Below are positions 1 through 9,724 of a DNA stretch of 64,000 nucleotides, piece by piece. Position numbers and translations under genes: made by a program. Under the pieces are notes generated by a model. The model saw only the letters and a list, made by a program, of their open reading frames with translations. It did not search any database and had not been told where the DNA came from. The stretch lies in NCBI GenBank assembly GCA_964402565.1, contig CAYOCJ010000001.1, positions 160,079 through 224,078 of the forward strand, given 5' to 3'. Source of the stretch: an uncultured Gammaproteobacteria bacterium. Its GTDB lineage: Bacteria; Patescibacteriota; Patescibacteriia; UBA1558; 2-01-FULL-52-15. The first letter of the stretch is position 1. Each line of letters opens with the position of its first letter.

Positions 1-1
1 A

Positions 2-157
2 AATACGAAGCCATTAGTGGATGAGAATATTACCGAAGCTCTGCAGAATGGCGTAACAGTCGTACCGTATGTAAAGATAGGGGATGCGACATATGAGGGG
101 CCTCAGACATTAGCAGTATATCGAGCAGCAGTTGATGCAGTGCTAGCCAATAAGTGA
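2..157 (+). CDS. C-terminal fragment of a gene that starts upstream of the window (hypothetical)
   Basis: Open frame from the window edge to TGA at 155-157. Its stop is 1 nt from the ATG at 159, which suggests operon coupling. No recognisable motif. Confidence 0.3.
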   Translation, partial: NTKPLVDENITEALQNGVTVVPYVKIGDATYEGPQTLAVYRAAVDAVLANK

Positions 158-158
158 T

Positions 159-905
159 ATGAAGAAAAAATTTTTCATTGTATTGATCATACTAAGCCTG
201 ACGGCGACCTTCACAGCTCTGACACCAGCTTATGGAGCTGATGGTGATTGCAACTTTACATCGGCATCGGGCATTTTAGAAGGAAAAAGCGTTTTTAAGT
301 CGCCAGATTGCTCAGCGGCTGATCTTGCGAGGTTTATCAACGATCTCAACACCTTCTTCTACCGCCTTGCGATAGTTCTTGCAGTCCTCATGATCACCAT
401 CGGAGGTCTCCAATGGCTCATGGCCATCGGCAACTCCGGCAAGATCTCAAATGCGAAGGATACGATTCAGCAGGCAGTCATAGGCCTTATTCTAGCCCTC
501 ACCGCAATCCTTCTCTTCAACCAGATAGACACGAGCTTTACGAATTTGAATATCGGCACCATTAATTTGGTACCGCCGAAAGACGCGCCTTGTGAAGCAC
601 GAATGACCGCAGCATTGTGCAATTTTTCATCGCAGTATACTTGTTATTGGGAGCCAAAGGACAAAGATAATTATTTAGGAGCGGGGACCTGCAAACCGAT
701 TAACTGTAATGAAATTACGAAGTGTGAGGATTATCCGCGCAATGAAGCCATTTGCGTTGCAAATAATAACATGGGTATTTGTAACTTAAAACTTCATCAG
801 CAGCGATGTTTGTATACGTTTAAGACCGGCCTGACCTGGACCGATGTATGCCGGACCTACCCATGTTCGACCGCACACCCGGATGACAAACCATGCCCCA
901 AATAG
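159..905 (+). CDS. TrbC/VirB2-like pilin family protein with Cys-rich C-terminal extension
   Basis: Signal peptide, then two adjacent hydrophobic helices (FYRLAIVLAVLMITIGGLQWLMAIG...AVIGLILALTAILLF) typical of T4SS pilins. Cys-rich tail of about 110 aa. Confidence 0.5.
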   Translation: MKKKFFIVLIILSLTATFTALTPAYGADGDCNFTSASGILEGKSVFKSPDCSAADLARFINDLNTFFYRLAIVLAVLMITIGGLQWLMAIGNSGKISNAKDTIQQAVIGLILALTAILLFNQIDTSFTNLNIGTINLVPPKDAPCEARMTAALCNFSSQYTCYWEPKDKDNYLGAGTCKPINCNEITKCEDYPRNEAICVANNNMGICNLKLHQQRCLYTFKTGLTWTDVCRTYPCSTAHPDDKPCPK

Positions 906-914
906 TAATAGCGC

Positions 915-1976
915 ATGCTGATGAAACGAAACATTTTACTTTTCGCAGTCTTACTCACGATTTTTTTCAGCGTTTCTCAAAACGCGTTCGCGGCTGACTC
1001 GAATAAGCCCTGCTTCAGTTCGGCCTCAGGCCTTATTACATCAGGCGGTACGTCGGTCTTCACCAGTGAAAAATGTGATCCGACGGACCTTGTTTCATTC
1101 ATTAATACTCTCAACACCTTCTTCTACCGCCTTGCGATAGTTCTTGCAGTCCTCATGATCACCATCGGAGGTCTCCAATGGCTCATGGCCATCGGCAACT
1201 CCGGCAAGATCTCAAATGCGAAGGATACGATTCAGCAGGCAGTCATAGGCCTTATTCTAGCCCTCACCGCAATCCTTCTCTTCAACCAGATAGACACGAG
1301 CTTTACGAATTTGAAAGCGCCGGCGCTCTCGAGCGATTATGACTTTGTATGCAGTGATATCAAGGACCCTACGACTTGCACTTCGCATCCTGCGCCGGCA
1401 TTCTGTGTATGGTCATGCACTGACCCGGAAGAAATGAAAAAATTAGTTAAGCCGCCGAATAAACCTTGGAGTCCGAAATGGCAGAATCCAAACTGCATTC
1501 CCGGCGTCTGTAATTCATTAGCTGCAGGGGCAAGCCGCGTTTGCACCGAAGGGCTTGCAAAGGCGCAAAATAACCACGGCAGCAATGCGCCGGAACTGAA
1601 TACACTCATCGATTGTGTGAAAAAGACGGCAGTCTGGAGCCTTGTTGATGAGAATAAATTATTCACCTTCGATCAAGATCATAATCTGTGCAACTTTACG
1701 CGCGGAGACGCGACATGCGGTGAAGCCTGCTCGCACAAAAAAAATTCCTGCCATTACGGAGGTAAAACCGGGATCTCAGGCAGCTTAGCGGTCGACTTTA
1801 ATGCCAAAGACTCTACATTGACCGGCGAAAGCATACTGTATCGCAAATTGAATGACATTTCGCAGCAATGCAATTTCGGCTTTATTGTATTTGAGAATTA
1901 TGCAGGCGCGATTCACACCCATGTCAGTACGCAAAATTGCGATTCGGACGGTGAAGCTGACACCAACAAAGGCTAA
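915..1976 (+). CDS. TrbC/VirB2-like pilin paralog with longer Cys-rich C-terminal domain
   Basis: Same core as the 159-905 gene. About 203 nt (1115-1317) are 100% identical to 348-550. Divergent N-terminus and a tail of about 215 aa with many Cys. Confidence 0.5.
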   Translation: MLMKRNILLFAVLLTIFFSVSQNAFAADSNKPCFSSASGLITSGGTSVFTSEKCDPTDLVSFINTLNTFFYRLAIVLAVLMITIGGLQWLMAIGNSGKISNAKDTIQQAVIGLILALTAILLFNQIDTSFTNLKAPALSSDYDFVCSDIKDPTTCTSHPAPAFCVWSCTDPEEMKKLVKPPNKPWSPKWQNPNCIPGVCNSLAAGASRVCTEGLAKAQNNHGSNAPELNTLIDCVKKTAVWSLVDENKLFTFDQDHNLCNFTRGDATCGEACSHKKNSCHYGGKTGISGSLAVDFNAKDSTLTGESILYRKLNDISQQCNFGFIVFENYAGAIHTHVSTQNCDSDGEADTNKG

Positions 1977-1977
1977 G

Positions 1978-3357
1978 ATGCAAAAAAATACCATGTATGT
2001 CTGTTCGAACTGCGACGCCCAAGCTCCGAAATGGTCTGGGCGCTGTTTAGAATGCGGCAAATGGGGAACTTTGGCTGAGCATGCAAAGCCATTGGCGGCT
2101 GCAAAAGCTGCCCGCGGCGGAATCGCCGCGGGCGGAAAGTCTCGAACAGCCTTTTCCGCGGCTCCTGCCAAAGTGGTCAAGTTCTCTGACCTTGAGCAGG
2201 GGTCCGTGCAGCGTATTTCAGCCAAAGGATTTCCATTCGATGAGATTTTTCCGAACGGTATTGCCTTAGGCAGCCTCACCTTATTGACTGGTGAGCCCGG
2301 ATCGGGTAAATCAACACTTGCCTTGCAGTTGATGCGAACTGTGAGCTCGGAACATCAGGCACTATATGTTTCAGCAGAGGAGTCAGCAGTACAGGTAAAG
2401 GAACGAGCTAACCGCGTAGGTGCATTTGGCCAGCATTTTAGCATTACGGAAAGCACCGATCTTGAAGAGATCATTGCGACATTGCATGTGCAGAGGCCGA
2501 AAGTCGTTTGCATCGATTCATTACAAGCCATTGTGAGTGCAGAAGTCACCGGCGATGCAGGTTCTCTGAATCAAATCCGAGCCGTGACCGCACAACTGTT
2601 AGAACTTGCACGCAGAGAGCAGATTGCGGTTTTATTGATAGGGCATGTGACGAAAGATGGGACGCTTGCAGGGCCAAAATCGCTCGAACATTTGGTTGAC
2701 GCAGTGTATTACCTTGAGGCTGACCATCATAGTGCTTATCGTCTCCTGCGTGTATATAAGAACCGTTACGGCGCTTCAGGGGCGGTCCTGGTTATGCAAA
2801 TGGGCGGGGGAGGCATGACAGCCGTTGCCAATCCTGCAACGATTTTCATTCATAATTTTAGCCCTAAGCCAGGTTCAACACTGACGGTCACTGAAATTGA
2901 TGATCAATTTTTCTTTCTCGAAGTACAAGCCTTGGTCGCGAAAAGCGGCTTTGGTTATGCCAAGCGCACTGCGTCTGGTTTTTCAAAATCGCGTCTAGAG
3001 TTGCTACTCGCGATAATCAAAAAACAATTGCACCTCGATACAGACTTGTATGATATCTATATCAATATTGCCGGAGGCTTTTCAGTGCACGAACCAGCGC
3101 TTGATCTTGCGGTACTGATGAGCATACTCTCAAGCATGAAAGAGCAATCCTTGCCTCCAAAAACAGTAGTCTTTGGTGAGCTTGGTCTTTCAGGAGAGCT
3201 TCGTGTCGTGAAAGACACAGGCGCACGTTTGAAGACCATAGCAGAACATGGATTTAGCACAGTCTACTTCCCGCCGCTTGAGCAGAAAGTACAGAGCAAA
3301 TTAAGTTTACATTCATTTGCCTCTATTACCGAGCTGGTGAAGAAGTTGGGGTGGTAG
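1978..3357 (+). CDS. radA: DNA repair protein RadA/Sms
   Basis: N-terminal C4 zinc finger (CSNCDAQ...CLECGKWG), Walker A GEPGSGKST, RecA-like core, Lon-like C-terminal domain. ATG at 1978 lies just after the upstream stop. Confidence 0.9.
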   Translation: MQKNTMYVCSNCDAQAPKWSGRCLECGKWGTLAEHAKPLAAAKAARGGIAAGGKSRTAFSAAPAKVVKFSDLEQGSVQRISAKGFPFDEIFPNGIALGSLTLLTGEPGSGKSTLALQLMRTVSSEHQALYVSAEESAVQVKERANRVGAFGQHFSITESTDLEEIIATLHVQRPKVVCIDSLQAIVSAEVTGDAGSLNQIRAVTAQLLELARREQIAVLLIGHVTKDGTLAGPKSLEHLVDAVYYLEADHHSAYRLLRVYKNRYGASGAVLVMQMGGGGMTAVANPATIFIHNFSPKPGSTLTVTEIDDQFFFLEVQALVAKSGFGYAKRTASGFSKSRLELLLAIIKKQLHLDTDLYDIYINIAGGFSVHEPALDLAVLMSILSSMKEQSLPPKTVVFGELGLSGELRVVKDTGARLKTIAEHGFSTVYFPPLEQKVQSKLSLHSFASITELVKKLGW

Positions 3358-3382
3358 TTGTTTGTCGCTTGTGAACACTAAG

Positions 3383-3411
3383 CATCCTTGCAAAGGATTG
3401 GTTTTTAGCGT
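3383..3411 (+). terminator. Putative rho-independent terminator after radA
   Basis: Hairpin ATCCTTGCAAAGGAT followed by a T-run. Confidence 0.45.
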
Positions 3412-3440
3412 ATAAGGAAAAGCTATTTGTTCTTACACAT

Positions 3441-4211
3441 TTGAGAAAGGAGAAATCCGTGAAACCTCCGTATATCGGCATCACCGGATTCATGCAGAGA
3501 AGCGAAGTTCAGGAGATCCTGAGCGTCGTACCGCCGAAATCGTTGAGCAAGGTGATGATCGGCGTCCTCGCAAGCTCGAAAACGATCCTGGGTCTTCCGA
3601 ACAAATGGCCCAACCGCTATCCCAAACCTGAGGCTTTGGGAGAGATCTTCGTCGACCATCGATCAGCGTTAAATTTGGTGCATTTCAACACAAAGGAACC
3701 AGAACAGCTCTATAGCCAATTGCTCCGAACGCGAGAACTTGCCGGGCCGAATTGTCATGGATTTCAGCTCAACATCGAATGGCCTGACCCAGCTGTTCTC
3801 GAACGGCTACTCAATGAACCGAATCCGCCGGCCATCGTTTTACAGGTTGGTGCCAGTGCTTTCGAAAGTGTTCAGGAATCGCCGATCCTTCTGGCACAGC
3901 GGATCGCACACCAGTACGATCACCTCATCGACTATGTGCTCTTTGACCCGAGTGGCGGATATGGCATGCCGTTCGATCCGGAAGTAGCCATGCACTGTTT
4001 CCGTGAGTTCAAAAAATTCGGCCTGTCGGCAGGCATCGGCGTTGCCGGCGGCTTGAGCCCGGCGACCCTGCACTTGCTTGCGCCTCTGCTCGAGTATTAT
4101 CCGTACATCAGCATCGATGCTGAAGGCCGTTTGCGTGACGAAAGCGATAGTCTCAAGATCGCCCTGTCACAGCGCTACCTGACAGCAGCATTTGCTCTCC
4201 TTGGTCGGTAA
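3441..4211 (+). CDS. TIM-barrel protein resembling phosphoribosylanthranilate isomerase (TrpF-like)
   Basis: IGITGF start, LFDPSGGYGMPFD and GIGVAGGLSP motifs that parallel the TrpF LLDSGxGGTGxxFDW and ILAGGLNPENV motifs. No other trp genes nearby. Confidence 0.35.
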   Translation: MRKEKSVKPPYIGITGFMQRSEVQEILSVVPPKSLSKVMIGVLASSKTILGLPNKWPNRYPKPEALGEIFVDHRSALNLVHFNTKEPEQLYSQLLRTRELAGPNCHGFQLNIEWPDPAVLERLLNEPNPPAIVLQVGASAFESVQESPILLAQRIAHQYDHLIDYVLFDPSGGYGMPFDPEVAMHCFREFKKFGLSAGIGVAGGLSPATLHLLAPLLEYYPYISIDAEGRLRDESDSLKIALSQRYLTAAFALLGR

Positions 4212-4215
4212 ACGT

Positions 4216-4266
4216 ATGCCGCACCCTGAATTTCCTTTGAGAAGGAGGACGGGGTGCGGTGTTTTT
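4216..4266 (+). terminator. Rho-independent terminator
   Basis: GCCGCACCC...GGGTGCGGT stem followed by T8. Confidence 0.5.
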
Positions 4267-4267
4267 T

Positions 4268-6349
4268 TTATTCCCAGTGCAACCCTACTCGTTCATCAAG
4301 CTTATGGGTTATTGAGTTGTAATATTCTAAATTCGTATCATCTTGCACCAGCTGATCAACATACTTTTTTGCTTTCTCGATCAAGTCAGTATCGCGCAAA
4401 GTCGCTATTTTGAAATTTACGATACCGGATTGTCGACTGCCAAAGACCTCGCCTTCGCCGCGTAGCTTCAGATCAGCCTCAGCGAGCTCAAAGCCATCAT
4501 TACTTTTTGTCAGCAGCTCAAGTCGTTGTTTGGTTGTTTCATTTTTGCTGTCAGTAAAAAGCAAACAATAGGACTGTAAATCATTTCTTCCCACGCGACC
4601 GCGGAATTGATGTAACTGAGCAATGCCGAATCTGTCGGCGCCTTCGATGATCATGACCGTTGCCTGTGGTATATCAATGCCCACTTCGATAACCGAGGTC
4701 GTGACGAGGATGGGGAAGGCGCCGTTCTTGAAATCTTCGAGGATTTTTTTCTTCTGATCTGTTTTTAGCTTACCGTGTAAGTAGCGAAGCTCAAGCTCAG
4801 GGAAAATATCTTTCTGCAGGCGTTCATATTCTGCAAGCACTGACTTGCTTTCACTTCTATCGTTTTCGTTAATGAGAGGACACAGGATAAAAACCTGTTG
4901 TCCTTTTTTGATAAGTCCCTGAATAAAGGTATAGGCTTTTGGCCGATTGGTTTCATCGACAATTTTTGTAATGATTGGTTTTCTGCCCTGCGGCCGCTCT
5001 TTAATATTGGAAACAGCAAGCTCACCATAGAGCGTGAGCGCAAGCGTGCGGGGGATTGGCGTTGCCGTGAGTGAGAGCAGATGCGGCACTATGCTGTCTC
5101 TGCGCATTGAAGTGAGGGTTTTCCGCTGCCCAACGCCGAACCGGTGCTGTTCGTCAACGATCACCAGTCCCAAATTCGGCACATGCAGATCTTTTTGTAT
5201 CAAACTATGTGTTCCGATGGCCAGAAGTATCGTTTCATCGGATAATCCCTCGAGAATTTTTTTGCGGGTCGTTTTTTTGTTTTTATATACGGCGTATTTT
5301 GAGCTTAATAAAGCAATGGGAAGGTTCGGAAGGAGTTTTCGCAGCGTTTCATAATGCTGTAATGCCAAAACCTCGGTGGGCGCCATGAGCGCGCTTTGAT
5401 AGCCCGCAAGTGCTGTGCTTAAAATGCCCATGGCAGCGACGACGGTCTTGCCCGAGCCTACATCGCCTTGTATCAGGCGGTTCATTGGCTCGCTTTTCTC
5501 TAGATCTTGAACAATCTGGTAGCCAGCCTTTCTTTGGTCATCAGTAAGTGTGAAGGGAAGTGTTTTAACCCAATCAGAAATATCCTCTTGTTTGAAGGGG
5601 ATTTGCGGCGCATCATGCTGCTGATAGAAACGTTTGGCATAGCCAACGCCTAATTGAAGCCAGAACAGTTCCTCAAATTTTAAGCGTCGTATCGCCTTCT
5701 CAAGCTTCTCAGGATCATCAGGGAAATGCACTTGTTTCAGGGCATCTGCGAGAAGCGACAGTTTTTCTTTTTGTATCGTTGTGCTCGGAATTTCTTCAGA
5801 AGGGAGTTCAGCGCTTTTGAGAGCTGTCTGTATCAGGAAACGTAGTTGCTTATGGCTGATACCCTCAGTTAATGAATAGTAGGGGATAATGTGAGCAGTG
5901 TGCAGCTGTTCTTCTCTCACTTTTTCATACACCGGATTCGTGAATTCCGGTCCTACTAAACTTATTTTTGCTTTGCCAGAAAGGTATATCTCATCACCAA
6001 CTTTTAATGTCTTACTGATATACGATTGTCCAAACCACACTGCTTTGAGTTCCCCAGTGTCATCTTCCATGCGCAAGTCGGTGATGAACATTCTTTTTTT
6101 GAATGATCGAAATGCTTTCACCGCGATAATTTTTCCACGGACAGTAACGATGGTGTCCGCAGGCACATCCGCGATATGTACGACATTGCGCATGTCTTCA
6201 TAGCGCATGGGTACATACCAAAGCAGGTCAGCAATAGTCTCTATGCCGAGCTTACTCAACCTTGGAGCAGTTTTGCTGCCGATATGATGCAAATTTTTGA
6301 CCGGAGATTCGAGAGGAAGCATAGCAGTATTGTACCAGAAGAAATACAA
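4268..6349 (-). CDS. recG: ATP-dependent DNA helicase RecG
   Basis: Wedge/OB N-terminal domain, Walker A GDVGSGKT, DEQHRFG (DEAH) box, helicase C domain. The true start may be M10 at 6322. Confidence 0.9.
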   Translation of the reverse strand: MYFFWYNTAMLPLESPVKNLHHIGSKTAPRLSKLGIETIADLLWYVPMRYEDMRNVVHIADVPADTIVTVRGKIIAVKAFRSFKKRMFITDLRMEDDTGELKAVWFGQSYISKTLKVGDEIYLSGKAKISLVGPEFTNPVYEKVREEQLHTAHIIPYYSLTEGISHKQLRFLIQTALKSAELPSEEIPSTTIQKEKLSLLADALKQVHFPDDPEKLEKAIRRLKFEELFWLQLGVGYAKRFYQQHDAPQIPFKQEDISDWVKTLPFTLTDDQRKAGYQIVQDLEKSEPMNRLIQGDVGSGKTVVAAMGILSTALAGYQSALMAPTEVLALQHYETLRKLLPNLPIALLSSKYAVYKNKKTTRKKILEGLSDETILLAIGTHSLIQKDLHVPNLGLVIVDEQHRFGVGQRKTLTSMRRDSIVPHLLSLTATPIPRTLALTLYGELAVSNIKERPQGRKPIITKIVDETNRPKAYTFIQGLIKKGQQVFILCPLINENDRSESKSVLAEYERLQKDIFPELELRYLHGKLKTDQKKKILEDFKNGAFPILVTTSVIEVGIDIPQATVMIIEGADRFGIAQLHQFRGRVGRNDLQSYCLLFTDSKNETTKQRLELLTKSNDGFELAEADLKLRGEGEVFGSRQSGIVNFKIATLRDTDLIEKAKKYVDQLVQDDTNLEYYNSITHKLDERVGLHWE

Positions 6350-6560
6350 AAGAGCTCTTTGGTAAGAGCCCTTTTGTAAACGTCTACTTATTTGTCGTGA
6401 GTGCAGGTTTCCCCCAAGTATGCGCTTAAGGAATGCCCAAACCCTTTTATTAACTTAGACAAATAGGTAACTTATACGAATATAAGTTGTTTAGAGTATA
6501 GCATAACTGCTGGGTCTGTGCAACGTCATGAACGGTGTAGCTGTGCATAACTATTCAGAC

Positions 6561-7757
6561 TTAGTCTTGCTCTTTGTCCTTACCTTTCAGATCAAGTCCT
6601 ATATCGTTCAACTGCATATTTTCCGGCAAAAGTCTGCGGATTCTTGAGCCGCGCCCCTTATTACCATGACCTGATCCTGAGCCCTCAGTGCTGAGTACTT
6701 CAATAGAAACCTCGGGGTCGTCAGTTGTTACGCTGACTTTCGAGGATTCGTCAGGGACAGTTTGCAGCTCAGGCTTTAGTTGAATATGCGTCTTCGTTTT
6801 AAGTTCTTTTTTTGCGCTGATGACGGTCTTAGCTTCTATCGCCTTTCTCTGTGCTTCCTGGAATAAGACAAATGCGTCGCTGTAATGATCTGTCTTGGTT
6901 GCTTGTTGTGCCTGATCTCGCAATGAGTCTACCTGTTTGAGGTATTGGTCGAGCTGCTGTTTGCTTGAATCGTCTAGTTTTCGATCAGATCGATCGAAGA
7001 GCTTATGCGCTTCTGAAATGGTCTGGTCAGCTTCATGCGCGATCGCATTCGCGGCATTCTTCGTATCTGGCGAAGCGTCATCCGAGACATCATTTGCGAT
7101 CGATTCAATCTCATCGTGGCTGGTCTCGGTGTTTAGTTCTATGGTCGTGAGCAGCTGCTGTGCGTTATCCGGATTCTTGGACTTCTTTGCAAGCTCTTGC
7201 AAGAGGTCAGCATGCGCCTGCAGTGCTGCGGTGAAGCCATTGCTGACGCTTGCGGCCGCTGCGATATTGTCCTGCGCTTTAAGCTCGGTTATGCCTTGAG
7301 CTATGGCGTTCGAATGGTCCTGAATCTGTTCGGAAAGGTCGGTTCCTGCTTCGGCTGTGAAAGAACCCTTGCCGAGCATTTGCTCTGCTTCATTGAGCCT
7401 GCGCTCTACCTTGGCGACTTCCCATTGAGTTTTTGCTTCAGGAGAAACAGCAAGAGCTCCGCGAATCGGCTCCAAGACATTGATCTTGACCGGATAGAGG
7501 ATTCCGCCAGGCAAAGAGTTTTCTGCTGCATAGCTGATGCCGCTGCCAGAAAGTACCAAGAGGATCGCCAGGGCGCCTATCGCGAACGATCTCCGCAGCA
7601 TAATGCTATTGAAGAATAGAAAATCTCCCCGGGAAACGCTTGGCGAGGGGTGGTTTGCTATAAAATCTACGAGTTGTTCACGCAAGGCCAACTGTTCGTG
7701 CTTGGACAAGCTAGCTTCTCGTAATGTTTTTCTGAATTGTCTGAATGAGATCTTCAT
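6561..7757 (-). CDS. Putative membrane-anchored anti-sigma factor
   Basis: Overlaps the upstream ECF sigma gene by 4 nt. Short cytoplasmic N-terminus, single TM (IGALAILLVLSGSGISYAA), long coiled-coil-rich extracytoplasmic domain. Confidence 0.4.
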   Translation of the reverse strand: MKISFRQFRKTLREASLSKHEQLALREQLVDFIANHPSPSVSRGDFLFFNSIMLRRSFAIGALAILLVLSGSGISYAAENSLPGGILYPVKINVLEPIRGALAVSPEAKTQWEVAKVERRLNEAEQMLGKGSFTAEAGTDLSEQIQDHSNAIAQGITELKAQDNIAAAASVSNGFTAALQAHADLLQELAKKSKNPDNAQQLLTTIELNTETSHDEIESIANDVSDDASPDTKNAANAIAHEADQTISEAHKLFDRSDRKLDDSSKQQLDQYLKQVDSLRDQAQQATKTDHYSDAFVLFQEAQRKAIEAKTVISAKKELKTKTHIQLKPELQTVPDESSKVSVTTDDPEVSIEVLSTEGSGSGHGNKGRGSRIRRLLPENMQLNDIGLDLKGKDKEQD

Positions 7758-8332
7758 ATATTTCCTTTCGGCTTTTCTTGGGATTCGATCGATTCTTGAA
7801 TTTTTTGTTTGGCTCTGTGTATGCGTACTGATATTACGTTTTGGCTCTCTCCGAGGATCTCAGCAATTTCTTTCGGCTTCAGGTCGTTAACATATCTTAG
7901 GATGAATACGTCTTTGTGCTTGTCGTCTAGTTCTTCGATGATCTCGAGTGCTGCCTTGGCATCGATCGATGCGATCATTTTTTCTGAATCATCGCTGGGC
8001 GGGTCGAATCCCTGCTCTTCATGCATCTCGTCAAGCGAGACGGTTTGCCGCTTTCTTGATTCGTCGATGATGAGATTGCGGGCAACCTGGTACAGGAACG
8101 CACGAAGATTTTTTACTTTTTTCCCTTCTATGAGGTATTGCCATGTCCTGGTAAAGATCTCTTGCGTATAGTCCCGTGCGCGTTCATGATTAAAAACCCG
8201 GTAGTACACATATCGAAAGAGTGCACCTGAATACTGGTCATAGGCCTTCAGATAGGCTTTTTCATCAAACATGTGTCGCATACTAGAAGACGGGGGTTTG
8301 ATTATTTTCTTACCGTTAGTGGTCCAAAACAA
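7754..8332 (-). CDS. ECF-type RNA polymerase sigma-70 family factor
   Basis: Sigma region 2 (FRYVYYRV...ARDYTQEIFTRTW) and region 4 HTH (LKPKEIAEILGESQNVISVRIHRAKQKI). The start may be at 8281. Confidence 0.8.
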   Translation of the reverse strand: MFWTTNGKKIIKPPSSSMRHMFDEKAYLKAYDQYSGALFRYVYYRVFNHERARDYTQEIFTRTWQYLIEGKKVKNLRAFLYQVARNLIIDESRKRQTVSLDEMHEEQGFDPPSDDSEKMIASIDAKAALEIIEELDDKHKDVFILRYVNDLKPKEIAEILGESQNVISVRIHRAKQKIQESIESQEKPKGNI

Positions 8333-8469
8333 TGTAACTACAGGTCAAATACTTGCGTTTGTCAACCTGAATTACCGGATGCGGAGATTTTCGATGTTTA
8401 TGTTAACCCTTTTGAAAATATGCTATACTTTTTACATTACTTTTAATAAAAAATAAATAGAGCTACAGT

Positions 8470-8907
8470 ATGGTCAAAAAGAAACAGAAGCAGGTGCGCG
8501 CAGTAAAGCCAGTAGTGCCAGCCTTGCATTACTCGATCATCATTGCGCTCGTTATATCTAATATCACCAGTCTTGGCCTTGCATTTCTGATGGCTCAATT
8601 ACTGGGCGTGAGCATGGGCAATATCGCGATCATCGGAGCAACGCAAGGTGTTAATCAGGCGAATGCTCAGGTATTGAGCATGAAACAGAATCAAATGGCG
8701 TATCCTGTCCCGGGTGGGCCTTCCTGTGATGCTCGCTGGGCAGTGTGTTCACAAGCATGTGATGATCAGTATACTGCGGGTATTTATACACCAGGAGGCT
8801 GGAATCGTTGCGAAAAGGACTGCGACCTTCGTTTGCTCAATTGTAATGTAACCGGACAGTGGATGGATGAGATAAAGGTACGAGATACGAAGTTTAAGCC
8901 TGAGTAA
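8470..8907 (+). CDS. Hypothetical small membrane-anchored Cys-rich protein
   Basis: N-terminal TM, C-terminal region with 6 Cys. Divergent from the ECF sigma gene. Confidence 0.4.
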   Translation: MVKKKQKQVRAVKPVVPALHYSIIIALVISNITSLGLAFLMAQLLGVSMGNIAIIGATQGVNQANAQVLSMKQNQMAYPVPGGPSCDARWAVCSQACDDQYTAGIYTPGGWNRCEKDCDLRLLNCNVTGQWMDEIKVRDTKFKPE

Positions 8908-8982
8908 AATTTTTAGTGTATATACAAAGCCGGCCCCGTCCTTTGGACGTGGCCGGCTATTACATTCTAAATAGCTGTGTCC

Positions 8983-9402
8983 CTATTGTCTTGCGTCAAA
9001 CTCCACTGTCCACTCGATACCATACTTATCCCTGAACATCGCAAAATAGGTACCCCAGGGGCTTTGATCCATAGGCATTTCAACCGTGCCTCCTTCCGAA
9101 AGGCCCTTGAAGAGTGTATCGGCTTCTTCTTTAGTTTCTGTGACGATTGCTATCTTGGACCTGTTTTCATTTACACGCCCCATGCTTTCCGGAACATCAT
9201 TGGCAATTAAAATGTTTTTGCCAATAGGTAGCTCAATATGCATAATCTTATTTGCTTCATTTTCTGCTACTTGAAATTCGGGGCTTGCAAGGTCTTTGAA
9301 ACGAATGATCTTCGTAAACTCTCCGCCGAACACTGATTTGTAGAAAGTAAATGCCTCCTCGGCATTTCCATTGAAGTTAATATAGGGATTGATCGTCGCC
9401 AT
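8983..9402 (-). CDS. VOC/glyoxalase-fold family protein (PhnB-like)
   Basis: MATINPYINFNGNAEEAFTFYKSVFGG signature of the PhnB / 3-demethylubiquinone methyltransferase-like VOC family. Confidence 0.7.
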   Translation of the reverse strand: MATINPYINFNGNAEEAFTFYKSVFGGEFTKIIRFKDLASPEFQVAENEANKIMHIELPIGKNILIANDVPESMGRVNENRSKIAIVTETKEEADTLFKGLSEGGTVEMPMDQSPWGTYFAMFRDKYGIEWTVEFDARQ

Positions 9403-9482
9403 AGTTAGTATTTAATGATAGCTCTACTAATTACTTCTGGCGGACCGCCCTTTGGGCGAGTCTCGCCTGAGCAAAGCTCAAT

Positions 9483-9572
9483 GGCGGAAGGGGCGAGATT
9501 CGAACTCGCGATACCGTTTTGCGGTATGACAGTTTTCAAGACTGTTGCCTTAAACCACTCGGCCACCCTTCC
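9483..9572 (-). tRNA. tRNA-Ser (anticodon TGA)
   Basis: Reverse complement reads GGAAGGGTGGCCGAGTGGTTTAAGGC...CTTGAAAAC...long variable arm...GGTTCGAATCTCGCCCCTTCCGCCA. Class II tRNA. Confidence 0.8.
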
Positions 9573-9724
9573 TCAAGCCACTATATGTATCAGAAATGAA
9601 AAAATAGTTCAAGCCTTGTCAGTTAGCAGTATGCGCGATAATAGTACACTGTTCTGTATGAAAATACTATGCATATCGTCGTCTTTGTTTACCAGGCATG
9701 TATTTAAAAAACTAAGAAAAATAT

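Noticed and set aside
8928-8962. Inverted repeat AGCCGGCC...GGCCGGCT between the 8470 gene and the VOC gene
   Set aside because: Could be a bidirectional terminator, but it lacks a clear T-run on the plus strand. Left unannotated.
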